64,000 nucleotides of DNA from an uncultured Planctomycetota bacterium (GCA_963841915.1 CAWJEN010000005.1:1088001-1152000); one strand, 5' to 3'. Positions 49,245 through 58,765 are shown, counted from the first letter of the stretch. Notes: generated by a model from the letters alone, not told the origin. Program-made: numbers and translations.

Positions 49245-50249
49245 ATGATAAAGCCGGCACTAGCAAAGCTTCAGGGAATCGACGTACGTTTGGCTTGGGA
49301 GTCTGAAGCTAAAGACTTCACACCGTGGCTAGCTCAGGAAGAGAATCTTGCACAACTTGGTGATGCGGTCGGTCTGGATTTAGAACTCGAATCTGTCGAG
49401 ACCAGCGTCGGACCTTTTAGAGCGGACATCCTTTGCAAAGACTCTGTGAACGGCAGCTGGATCCTGATTGAGAATCAACTCGAGAAGACCGACCACACCC
49501 ATCTAGGGCAGATTTTAACATATGCAGCAGGACTCGAGACTCGTACGATCATCTGGATCGCCTCCAAGTTCACTGATGAGCATCGTGCTGCTATAGATTG
49601 GTTGAATAGCGTCACGCAGTCTGGCCTGAACTTCTTTGCGATCGAGATTGAGTTGTGGCAGATTGGCTCATCGCCATACGCGCCCAGATTCAATATTGTC
49701 GCGAAGCCGAATGATTGGTCGAAAGCCGTGACGACTGGCAAGGCCAAGATCGACCTTGATGAGTTGACACCGACGCAATCTTTGCAGATGGAGTTCTGGA
49801 CAGCAGTCCGTGAGGAGATGGAGAATCGGAAGTGTGGACTTAAACTGCAGAAACCAATGCCGCAGACGTGGGTCAACTTTCCGCTCGGAAAAACCGGCTT
49901 CTGTTCAGAAGCCGTGGCCAATGTTCAGCAGGGTCGATTAGATGCTTCACTTATGTTGACGAGCAACGACGCAAAAGGGCACTACGCGGCCCTCCTTGAG
50001 GACCAAGACAACATCAACCAATACTTCAAAGGGCAGATAGAATGGAATCTGAATCCGGGTGCTAATCAGAGTCGGCTCCGGCTGCGTCGCGAGAATGTTG
50101 AATTCTCCATGAAGAATCAGTGGCCCGACCTCATCGAATGGCTAATCGTGCGGCTTGAGCGGCTCGATACATTCTTCCGACCAATCGTCAAAACGTTAGA
50201 ACCAGCCCCAACGGCTATCGTGGGGGAGATGAACGATGAGGACGACTAG
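49245..50249 (+). CDS. DUF4268 domain protein with N-terminal PD-(D/E)xK (NucS-like) domain
   Basis: WESEAKDFTPWL, VGPFRADIL, IENQLEKTDHTHLGQILTYAAG, EHRAAIDWLN; visibly lower GC. Confidence 0.85.
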   Translation: MIKPALAKLQGIDVRLAWESEAKDFTPWLAQEENLAQLGDAVGLDLELESVETSVGPFRADILCKDSVNGSWILIENQLEKTDHTHLGQILTYAAGLETRTIIWIASKFTDEHRAAIDWLNSVTQSGLNFFAIEIELWQIGSSPYAPRFNIVAKPNDWSKAVTTGKAKIDLDELTPTQSLQMEFWTAVREEMENRKCGLKLQKPMPQTWVNFPLGKTGFCSEAVANVQQGRLDASLMLTSNDAKGHYAALLEDQDNINQYFKGQIEWNLNPGANQSRLRLRRENVEFSMKNQWPDLIEWLIVRLERLDTFFRPIVKTLEPAPTAIVGEMNDEDD

Positions 50250-50345
50250 CCGGGTGCCACGGCACGGCGTGTCGTAATCGGACCGATCGATCATCGAGAC
50301 TATTGGGTTGGGCGTCCACCCGGGCGGGGGAGATCGCGACGGTGG

Positions 50346-50716
50346 GTGGCGAAGCCAGACGACTGGGTCAGGGCGGAGAAAAGGGGTTGGGCGATGTTCC
50401 CGCGGCCGGTGCGCGTGCGGGCCGACGCGGAATTGGAGGTACGTATAGTCACCCGTCGCGCGGATAACCGCGACCCGGTCGTAGGCCAAACGCTCGTGCG
50501 TTGGCAACACAGGCGGCCGTTTCGGACTACATCCTTGCCGGGTTCTGAGGCATGGCTGGATGAACAAGGCCGCACCCGACCTGCACGGCGTGTCGGTTGG
50601 GGCGCTTGATCGGGGCGGTGCGGTTGCTGGCCGTGAGCGTCCGGATCGCCGGCACCGGCATCGCGGCCGAGACGAGCGTCCAGGACGGCGAATCGTCGAT
50701 GAAAATTGCCGCGTGA
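50346..50716 (+). pseudogene. Degenerate remnant related to the FN3-like gene at 28065-28784
   Basis: AKPDDW resembles AKPADV; 3' frame AVSVRIAGTGIAAETSVQDGESSMKIAA* resembles TSVNLPAGGALPQEMEDQKPTPMRMAA*. Confidence 0.4.
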
Positions 50717-50827
50717 GCGGACGCGACCGGTCGGCACGGGTCGGAGCCTGTCCGGCCGGGTGGCACGACACATCGTGTCGGAACGCCCGCTTGATCTGGA
50801 CCCTCATGACTCTTGAGCAGAACGACC

Positions 50828-51928
50828 ATGGATCACTTACCTGCACGCGTGCCTTTACCTGAAGGAGTCGCCATCCGCCGGGCGACGAAGGACGATCTGC
50901 CGTTCTTTGACCGGCTGCAGAAGCGGTACAACAAGGAGCTGGGGTACTTCCCGACGAAGCAGTACGAGGGGTATCTGGAGCAGGACGCGATCCTGGTGTC
51001 GGAGACCCACACTCCCCACGACCCCCACACCCCCCACGACCCCCGCGAGCCCCGACCGTCAGGAAGGGGTTCCGATCCGACGCCCGTCGGGTTCGTGGTC
51101 TACAAGGACCGCTATCTCAAACGCGACGAGCTGGGCGTCGTCTACCAGATGGGCGTCGACAGCGACCGACAGCGTGGGGCCATCGGGGCGACGCTGTTGC
51201 AGGCGGCGTTCGAGCGGTCGGCGTACGGGTGCAAACTGTTCTGTTGCTGGTGCGCCCAGGACCTGGCGGCGAACAGGTTCTGGGAGGCGATGGGGTTCTT
51301 CCCGCTGGCGTATCGGGCGGGCAGCGACAAGAAAAGCCGCGTGCACATTCTGTGGCAGAAGCGGATCAACGAAGGCGACAACGGCGTGGGCGGGACACCG
51401 TTCTGGTACCCGTTCCAGACGAACGGCGGGGCGATGCGGGCCGACCGGCTGGCGTTCCCGATTCCGCCGGGGACGCACTGGAGCGAGGTCAAAGCCGTCG
51501 ACGTGCCGATGGTCGACGAGACGGGCAACCGCGTGCTGGCCTTGCCACCCGCCAGGAAGGTGCGCAAGAAAAAGGTCGTCAACAAGACGCCCCAGCCGCA
51601 GAAGGTGCAGATCTTCGTCAACGGCAAGTTCAAGTGGATCCCGAAGCCCGGCAACAGTTCAGCCATCACCCCGCCCCCACCCCCGTCACCGGAGCCCGTG
51701 ACGGAGCCCGTGACGGCAGAGCCCGAGCGGCCGACGTTGAAGATCGACCCGGCGTTCCTGACGATGAACCGTGAGCTGCGGGACCGGTATCTTGAAGAAC
51801 TCAACAGACGCCCGGACCTGACGGCGATCCTGTCGAAGTACGACGCGACCCGCGCGCTGCCGTCGAGCGAGTTCGACACGTTCCGCCTGGAGGCGAAGCA
51901 GCCGTTGGCCCTGCCGGAAGCGGCTTGA
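50828..51928 (+). CDS. GNAT-family acetyltransferase with long C-terminal extension (paralog 2)
   Basis: QMGVDSDRQRGAIGATLL, CAQDLAANRFWEAMGF, MRADRLAFPIPPGTHWSEV, RELRDRYLEE. Confidence 0.8.
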   Translation: MDHLPARVPLPEGVAIRRATKDDLPFFDRLQKRYNKELGYFPTKQYEGYLEQDAILVSETHTPHDPHTPHDPREPRPSGRGSDPTPVGFVVYKDRYLKRDELGVVYQMGVDSDRQRGAIGATLLQAAFERSAYGCKLFCCWCAQDLAANRFWEAMGFFPLAYRAGSDKKSRVHILWQKRINEGDNGVGGTPFWYPFQTNGGAMRADRLAFPIPPGTHWSEVKAVDVPMVDETGNRVLALPPARKVRKKKVVNKTPQPQKVQIFVNGKFKWIPKPGNSSAITPPPPPSPEPVTEPVTAEPERPTLKIDPAFLTMNRELRDRYLEELNRRPDLTAILSKYDATRALPSSEFDTFRLEAKQPLALPEAA

Positions 51929-52029
51929 GGTAGCGATCAGAGATCGCAACCGAGAGACGAGGCGTCGCACCCAAAGAAGAGACTCGGCAACGGACGTTGC
52001 CGAGCCGCTGAGATGGAGTCGACGGCAAA

Positions 52030-55017
52030 TCACGCCACGGTGAAGGCGATGGGCAGGCTTTCACCGGCGAGGCCCGTTGCGTCATCGTCGGCATAAGCCG
52101 TTACGCTGAGCGTGTACGCCCCGGCGGGCAACACATCGCCGAAGAAGTCGCCGCCGTTGTTGGCCAGCAGCGCGTACGGGGCGACGTTCTCGACGCGATC
52201 GACGAACAACCCGCCCGGCCCGTTCAGCACGAACCGCACGCTCTCGACGGCTGTGGTGTCGGCGACGTTCGCGACGATCGACGCATGACTCGGCACGTCC
52301 GTCACGACGATGCCGTCGGTCAACGTCAGCACGTCGACATCCTCTGCGGCGTCGACCAGCGTCAGCGACGCGATGCCGAGGTCGGCCGAATCGTCGACGA
52401 TGGTGAAGGTGACGCTGCCGGTCTCGTCGACGTTGCCGCCTGCGTTGTCGGCCGAGTAACTCGTCGCCGTCAAGGTGTAGGTGCCGGCCGGCAGGGCGGT
52501 GCCGAGCACGTCGCCCGAGCCTTCGTAGGCCATGGCTTCGTTGCGGAACAGTGTGTAGAACGAGACGTTTTCCGTGTTCTCGTAGACCAGACCGCCGGGC
52601 CCTTCGAGGCGGAAGGCGACACTCTCTGCGTCGGCGTCGATGCCGTCGGCCTCGATCGACAGGTTGCTCGCCAGCTCGCTGCGGTTGTACGTCTGGCCGT
52701 CGACGATGGCGAAGAGTCGCACGTCCGCACCGGCGTCGAGGAACGTGAAGGAGACGTCATCGTTCGTCGGCGGCGGCGGCGGGGCCACGATCACGGTGCT
52801 CGTCGCGAACCGGGCTCCACTCGTCAGCCCCTGGTCGTCCGTCGCGACGGCCGAGTAGTCGTAATCGCCTGCGGCAAAGCCGGTGGTGTCGAGGGCAAGT
52901 GTGTATCCGTCGCTGCCGTCGTTGTCGGTGCCGATCGCCGTGCCATCGCGGAAGAAGGTCACACCCGACACGCTGCCGTCAGAGTCTTCGACACCGCCGG
53001 CTGTGACAGTCAAAGCGTCACCCGCCGTGACCGGGTTCGGCGAGACGGACAGCGACGCGATCGTCGGAGCCAGATTGCCAGGTGTGGGTCGAACGACGGT
53101 GTTCGTCGTGAACACCGGATCACTCTCTGCACCTTCGTCATCGACGGCAATCGCGTAGTACGTCCGCGTCTGTCCGACGACATCGAAGCCGTCGAATGTC
53201 ACCGAGTACCCGTCGCTGCCGTCGGCGTCGTTGCCGATGGCCGTGTCGCCGTCGGCGTCCTGACGGAAGAAGACGACTTCCGCTACCGAGCCGTCGGTGT
53301 CGGTCACCCCGTTGGCCGTCAGCGTCACGAGTGCCGTCGGGTCGGCGACCGCCGGGTCCGGCGAGTCGGTCAGGCTGGCGATTGTCGGAACAGAGTTCCC
53401 GGTGGCCGTGCCGATGACGAAGTTCTGACCGGCCACGTCCTGACCGGCAGCGAGATTCACCGTGAGCGATCCGCTCGCAGGCGTGATCGTCGACTCTCCG
53501 CCGAGGGTGTCGACACGGACGGCGTAAGAGCCGGCGTCAAGTCCGGTCAGGCCGTAGACGCCGAAGACGTCGGTAAAATCGCTCGGCTCGCCGTTGTCGC
53601 GTGTGCCGTCTCCATCCAGGTCGGCGTAGACGACGACGTTGCTCGCCGGACCGCTGTCGCGCGTCACCGAACCGGCGATCGAGCCGGCCGCCGCGTCGCT
53701 GCCTTCGAGGCGGAAGATCAGCCCTGTGGCCGAGGTCGGCCCGGCGATCAACGACCCGCCGCCGATGACCTGCCCGTTGGGCTGCTGGATCAGTGACTGC
53801 GTCGCCGGGGTCGGGTTCTCCGATGTGAAGTCGAGTAGTCCGTTCGCCCCGACGCTCGGATCCGGAACACCCGATTGTGACAGACGACCGACAAAGCTCT
53901 CAGTGACCATCGCGTCGTCGTTGATGACCTGGCCTGCTGTCAACACGCTGCCGTCGCTCTGTCCGACGAGAAGCGGGCCGAAGAACGCGCCGACGTCTTC
54001 GCCGCCGGGCACGTTGAGGAAGACCGTCCCGTCGGTGCTGCCGAGCAGGGTGCCGCTGGCGCTGACGCGCATCGTCAGCAGGCGGAAGTTGCTGTTGAAC
54101 TGATCTGCGGTGACGCCGACGAGCAGGCTGCCGTCGGGTTGGACGACGAAGTCGACCGCTGCGTCGCTGCGTTCGAAGTCTGCTGTGAAGATGCCATCGC
54201 CGCTGAAGGACGTGTCGAGTGTGCCGTCGGGCAGGAACCGTGCGACGACGGCGTCACCCGAGTCGTCGTCGGCCGACTCGCCGGTGACGAGAAATCGTCC
54301 CTGGGCGTCGAAGTCGATTTCGACGGCCGCCGATCGCGCGCCTCCGCCGAAGCGGAGTGTGGCGACGCCGTTGTCGGCAAAGCCGGCGTCGCGTTGGCCG
54401 TTCTGGTTGAGCACGAGCACGCCGAAGTCGTCGCCGCTGTCGTCGCTGGCGACGCCGGTGGCGACGATGCGGCCGTTCGGGCTGACGGCGAAACGCAGCG
54501 TGTTGAAGTCGCTCGTCGTGAACGCGCCGCCGGTGCCGAACGAGTTGTCGAGGGTGCCGTCGCCGTTGAGTCGGCGGATCACGGTCGCGCCGGTGTCGCC
54601 CACGAACTGCCCGGTGCCGGCGGCGATGATGATGTCACCGTCGGGCAGCAGCGTCAGGCCGGCCGAGAAGAAGTCGCTGCCGTTGGCGGGCAGCCTGCAG
54701 AAGCCGTCGTCGCCGAAGCCGGTGTCGATCGACCCGTTGGCGTCGAGGCGACCGACGTAGGCCTGCGAGCCGTTGCTCAGCGACTGTGCCGTCCCGGCGA
54801 AGACAATCTTGCCGTCGGACTGCAAGGCGACTTCCGAGACGAAGTTGCCGTCTTCGGCAAATCCCGGCAGGTCGATCTCGACGCGACCGCCCGTACCGAA
54901 GGTCGGATCAAGGTCGCCGAACGCGAGCAGGCGACGGCTTTCAAGCGTCTCCACAACCGGTCGCCCCGCGGCAACAAGGGCGTGGCGGACACGGTGGGCG
55001 TTGATGTTGCGGCTCAT
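52030..55017 (-). CDS. Large secreted LEPRxLL-leader protein with delta-60 repeats, SdrD-B-like and Ig-like domains
   Basis: VETLESRRLLA; repeated LDPTFG..G / QSDGKIV; YADLDGDGTRD.GEP; D.DGSV..V.FF; ENVAPYAL repeats. Confidence 0.88.
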   Translation of the reverse strand: MSRNINAHRVRHALVAAGRPVVETLESRRLLAFGDLDPTFGTGGRVEIDLPGFAEDGNFVSEVALQSDGKIVFAGTAQSLSNGSQAYVGRLDANGSIDTGFGDDGFCRLPANGSDFFSAGLTLLPDGDIIIAAGTGQFVGDTGATVIRRLNGDGTLDNSFGTGGAFTTSDFNTLRFAVSPNGRIVATGVASDDSGDDFGVLVLNQNGQRDAGFADNGVATLRFGGGARSAAVEIDFDAQGRFLVTGESADDDSGDAVVARFLPDGTLDTSFSGDGIFTADFERSDAAVDFVVQPDGSLLVGVTADQFNSNFRLLTMRVSASGTLLGSTDGTVFLNVPGGEDVGAFFGPLLVGQSDGSVLTAGQVINDDAMVTESFVGRLSQSGVPDPSVGANGLLDFTSENPTPATQSLIQQPNGQVIGGGSLIAGPTSATGLIFRLEGSDAAAGSIAGSVTRDSGPASNVVVYADLDGDGTRDNGEPSDFTDVFGVYGLTGLDAGSYAVRVDTLGGESTITPASGSLTVNLAAGQDVAGQNFVIGTATGNSVPTIASLTDSPDPAVADPTALVTLTANGVTDTDGSVAEVVFFRQDADGDTAIGNDADGSDGYSVTFDGFDVVGQTRTYYAIAVDDEGAESDPVFTTNTVVRPTPGNLAPTIASLSVSPNPVTAGDALTVTAGGVEDSDGSVSGVTFFRDGTAIGTDNDGSDGYTLALDTTGFAAGDYDYSAVATDDQGLTSGARFATSTVIVAPPPPPTNDDVSFTFLDAGADVRLFAIVDGQTYNRSELASNLSIEADGIDADAESVAFRLEGPGGLVYENTENVSFYTLFRNEAMAYEGSGDVLGTALPAGTYTLTATSYSADNAGGNVDETGSVTFTIVDDSADLGIASLTLVDAAEDVDVLTLTDGIVVTDVPSHASIVANVADTTAVESVRFVLNGPGGLFVDRVENVAPYALLANNGGDFFGDVLPAGAYTLSVTAYADDDATGLAGESLPIAFTVA

Positions 55018-55367
55018 GGTGACATTCCTTCAAACGTCACTGCAAAGCGTGGCCGGACGACGGCTGGCGCAAGCGGCATTCACCGACACAGTGACGTACA
55101 ACACCATGATGCGTCAACGCACCACCAGCGGGGCCAGATTGTGTAAGACAGTCTTCGAACCCCGCGGCCGCGGCAAACAACTTGCGGCCGTTCGCGTGCT
55201 CCTGTCGCCCATTCGAAACCAAGGCTCACCGCTACTGACGATCGAGGCGAGGCGGTTGCCCAACCTTGTCTGCCGGTCGGCCCACCCTACGGACCGTCCT
55301 AAGAAATAAGCTCGATCGTCGCCGATCGATGTGACGAGCAGTAACTGGCGGAGTGGCCGCCCGATCG

Positions 55368-56462
55368 TCAGACGTTGAACCGGAAGTGCACCACGTCGCC
55401 GTCCTGCATGATGTAGCTCTTGCCTTCGATGCGCATCTTGCCGGCCGACTTGATCTTGGCTTCGTCGCCGTGAGCTTCGAGGTCTTCGATGCTGTAGATC
55501 TCGGCCTTGATGAAGCCGCGCTCGAAGTCGGTGTGAATGACGCCCGCTGCCTGTGGAGCGGTGGCGCCGCGGTGAACGGTCCAGGCGCGGATCTCTTTGG
55601 GGCCGGTCGTGAAGTAGCTTTGCAGCCCGAGCATGTCGTACGCCTCGCGGGCCAGCGACGCCAGGGCGGGTTCGGTCAGGCCCAGGTCGCCGAGCATCTC
55701 GTCGCGTTCGGCGTCTTCGAGCTCTGACAGTTCACTTTCGATCTTGGCGCAAACGGGAACCACCGGCGCGCCCTGCGACTCGGCGTAGGCGCGGAGCTTC
55801 GTCGCGAGCGGGCCTTTGCCGTCGACGTCGTCCTCGTCGACGTTGGCCACGAAGAGCACCTTTTTCAGCGTGATCAGGCCGAAGCCCCGAAGCGCTTTAC
55901 GCTCATCGTCGGTCCACTCGAGCTTGCGCAGTGCGGTGCCTTCGTTCAGCGGGCCCTCGCACTTTTCGAGCAGGGCCTTGTGCTGTGCGGCCTCTTTGTC
56001 GCCGCTCTTGGCCTTCTTGCTGACCTTGTGCAAAGCGCTGGTGACGACTTCGACGTCCGCCAGGGCGAGTTCGAGGTCGATCGTCTCGGCGTCATCGACC
56101 GGGTCGACCCGGCCGGCGACGTGTTGAATGTCATCGTCCTCAAAGCACCGGACGACGTGCGCGATCGCATCGGCCTGGCGGATCGTGCTGAGGAACGCGT
56201 TGCCCTTGCCCTCGCCCTTGCTGGCCCCCTTGACGAGGCCGGCGATGTCGACGAACTGCACCTGGGCCGGGATGACCTTTTCGGTCTTCTGGTACTTGTT
56301 GAGCGTCGCGAGCCGTTCGTCCGGCACCGGGACGATGCCGACATTGGGCAGAATCGTGGCGAACGGGTAGTTGGCCGCAAGGATACCAGCCTTGGTGAGC
56401 GCGTTGAAGAGCGTGCTTTTGCCGACATTGGGAAGGCCGACGATTCCGACTTCGAGTGCCAT
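55368..56462 (-). CDS. ychF: Redox-regulated ATPase YchF
   Basis: GIVGLPNVGKSTLFNA, ANYPFAT, DIAGLV, AAGVIHTDFERGFI, MQDGDV..FRFNV. Confidence 0.97.
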   Translation of the reverse strand: MALEVGIVGLPNVGKSTLFNALTKAGILAANYPFATILPNVGIVPVPDERLATLNKYQKTEKVIPAQVQFVDIAGLVKGASKGEGKGNAFLSTIRQADAIAHVVRCFEDDDIQHVAGRVDPVDDAETIDLELALADVEVVTSALHKVSKKAKSGDKEAAQHKALLEKCEGPLNEGTALRKLEWTDDERKALRGFGLITLKKVLFVANVDEDDVDGKGPLATKLRAYAESQGAPVVPVCAKIESELSELEDAERDEMLGDLGLTEPALASLAREAYDMLGLQSYFTTGPKEIRAWTVHRGATAPQAAGVIHTDFERGFIKAEIYSIEDLEAHGDEAKIKSAGKMRIEGKSYIMQDGDVVHFRFNV

Positions 56463-56521
56463 AGGGCGGCAGCGTAGGGCGGTGCTCTTGCGGCGATGTG
56501 CACGCAAGTGGTGCGACGACG

Positions 56522-58258
56522 CTACTCGTCCTGGGGGAACGTGACATCGAGCTCGACCGGCTCGCCGTCACGGTCGACGGTGAGGGTGATCGAGTCACCG
56601 AAGTCGAGCCTGCCGAGAGCAACGCGAAGGGCGGCGAGGGTCGGGACGTCGCGGCCGTCGATGGCGGTGATGACGTCGCCGGTCACGACACCGGCGGCAC
56701 CGGCCGGTGAGCCGTCGACGACCTGTCCGATGGTCAAGCCGTCGCCACCGGGTTCGACGGCGACTCCGAGCCGGACGCCGGTGCGGTTGGGGTTCTTGAA
56801 CTTCAGCGCGTCTGCCGGCGCGGCGGCCATGCCGTAGGTGATGTCGGTCGCTGCCCTGGCCAGCCGCGTCATGCCGTCGAAGTTGATGAGCTCGACGTCG
56901 TCGTCAGGCCCGTGGTACTCGTCGTGCAGGCCGCTGAACAGGAAGACGGCCGGGATGCCGGCGCTGATGAAGGGTGCGTGGTCACTGTTGCCACCGAGCG
57001 GCATGGTCTCTTCGACCAGGTCCGCCGACGTGGTGGCACCGGAGACGAGGCTGCCGAAGGCGTCGGCGGTTTGGGCCCCGCCGACGAAGACCTTTTCGTC
57101 ACGGATGCGGCCGACCATGTCGAGGTTGAGCATCGCCACGATCTTCTCCTGCTCGATCGGCGGCTCGGTGACGAACTCGCGACTCCCGACAAGGCCTATC
57201 TCTTCGGCCGTGAAGCCGATGAAGATGACACTGCGTTCGGGCTGCTCGCCATTGGCGATAGCTTCGGCGACTTCGATGAGCGTTGCGGTGCCGCTGGCGT
57301 TGTCGTCGGCACCGTTGTGGATGTTGTCCTCACCGGCGAAACGGCTGCCGTACTCGCCGCGACCGATGTGGTCATAGTGGGCGCCGACGACGACGTACTC
57401 GTCAGGCGTCTTTCCCTCGACCATACCGACGATGTTGCGGACGGCAGACGTGCTGCCCGTCGACTCGAAGCCGCCGGACACAAAGAGATCGCTCGCCAGT
57501 GACGAAGGGCCACCGGCGTCGAGGCGGCCCTGCAGGTAGGCCAGGTCGGGCAGGCGGGCACGATCCAGCAGGTCGCTGGCAAGCTCCCTATCGATGTGCA
57601 ACGCCGGAATCTTTGCAAACGGTCGACCCATGCCGAAGCTGCTTAGCCCTTCGTCGCGTGAGTGCATCGGCGGATTGACGACGAGCAAGCCGACAGCGCC
57701 GTTGTCTTGGGCGAGCTTGACCTTGCGGGTGAAGGTCGCGTCGTTGCCCATGCGGTCCGTGCCGGTCGCCTGAACGGTGCCGTCGACGTCGTACGGCTCG
57801 TACCGCAGGACGAGGACGACTTTGCCGTCGACGTCGAGGTCGGCGTAGTCGTCGTGCCCTTCGCGGGTGATGCCGTAACCGGCAAAGACGAGATCACCCT
57901 CGAAGGTGCCGGGCGATGCCCAATTGAAGGGCTCGAAGTCACCGGCGAGCGGTTCGTCACCGGCGGCGAGGGACTTGGACTCGTAGCCGAACGACATCGG
58001 CAGGTCGAACGGGTGCGAGTAGTCCTCGAGGCCCGGTACCTGCTGAAGCCCGATCGCTTCGAACCGCTCGGCGAGGAAGACGGCGGCAGCTTCGAGACCG
58101 GGATTGGCCAGGCCGCGACCTTCGCGTTCGTCATCGGCGAGCCAATCGACCGTCGCCTCGAGTTCGGCGACGTTGATCTCCACTGAAACCTCCGTCAACG
58201 CGTCGGCAGAGACGGCAGCGGGCAGAAGCAGGACAACGGCGAGGCTGCAATACGTCAC
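56522..58258 (-). CDS. M28 family peptidase with PA and PDZ domains
   Basis: EGRG, VFAGYGI, GAHYDHIG, NGADDNASG, AEEIGL, NLDMVGR, SDH, YH; C-terminal SPA.AAG...GDVI; GTG start 58258. Confidence 0.92.
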   Translation of the reverse strand: MTYCSLAVVLLLPAAVSADALTEVSVEINVAELEATVDWLADDEREGRGLANPGLEAAAVFLAERFEAIGLQQVPGLEDYSHPFDLPMSFGYESKSLAAGDEPLAGDFEPFNWASPGTFEGDLVFAGYGITREGHDDYADLDVDGKVVLVLRYEPYDVDGTVQATGTDRMGNDATFTRKVKLAQDNGAVGLLVVNPPMHSRDEGLSSFGMGRPFAKIPALHIDRELASDLLDRARLPDLAYLQGRLDAGGPSSLASDLFVSGGFESTGSTSAVRNIVGMVEGKTPDEYVVVGAHYDHIGRGEYGSRFAGEDNIHNGADDNASGTATLIEVAEAIANGEQPERSVIFIGFTAEEIGLVGSREFVTEPPIEQEKIVAMLNLDMVGRIRDEKVFVGGAQTADAFGSLVSGATTSADLVEETMPLGGNSDHAPFISAGIPAVFLFSGLHDEYHGPDDDVELINFDGMTRLARAATDITYGMAAAPADALKFKNPNRTGVRLGVAVEPGGDGLTIGQVVDGSPAGAAGVVTGDVITAIDGRDVPTLAALRVALGRLDFGDSITLTVDRDGEPVELDVTFPQDE

Positions 58259-58374
58259 GCCGCAGGATATGCAGGCGTGTCGTCCTGCCGCACCTCGTCG
58301 TGGATCCGCTTCTCGCACCCGACGACGACGGCGAGGAGGAGCAAGAGGCTGGCAAGGGTCAGGCGTCGTCGCAT
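58255..58374 (-). CDS. Small (39 aa) putative lipoprotein
   Basis: MRRRLTLASLLLLLAVVVGC lipoprotein signal; stop overlaps the peptidase start (GTGA). Confidence 0.6.
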   Translation of the reverse strand: MRRRLTLASLLLLLAVVVGCEKRIHDEVRQDDTPAYPAA

Positions 58375-58575
58375 CGGGCACAATCTAGGAACGAACCGGC
58401 GTGTGGCGGTCATCGAGCGTGCGCCGTGGCGGCCGCCGCGGCGCACGCGTTACGCGAGACGGCGGCGGACGACCCGCGGCTGCCGAATGTGTCAGGGTGA
58501 CCGCAATTTTTGTAGGACCACCTCCGCACGGCCGACGACCCGCCGACGCAAAACGCAGCCGACTTCGACGCAGAT

Positions 58576-58591
58576 TGTTCCACGTGGAACA
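58576..58591. promoter_or_regulatory. parS centromere site
   Basis: Perfect palindrome TGTTCCACGTGGAACA. Confidence 0.88.
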
Positions 58592-58642
58592 TTGCCGTTG
58601 CGTCGAAAACCGGTCTGCCAAGCTGCCACGGGGGTCGGCCGA

Positions 58643-58658
58643 TGTTCCACGTGGAACA
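58643..58658. promoter_or_regulatory. parS centromere site
   Basis: Perfect palindrome TGTTCCACGTGGAACA. Confidence 0.88.
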
Positions 58659-58765
58659 TTCGCGCTCCGCCGCTGACCCGCGGATGCAGATGGCCGCCGC
58701 GGCGCAGCGCTGAACGGTCTCAAGCGAGCTGGCGGAGCAGCTACCGTGTCTGCCCGCCGCTTTTG

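Noticed and set aside
58277..58765. N-terminal extension of the MATE ORF
   Set aside because: Arg-rich low-complexity translation running through the parS cassette; the family homology starts at ATG 58766.
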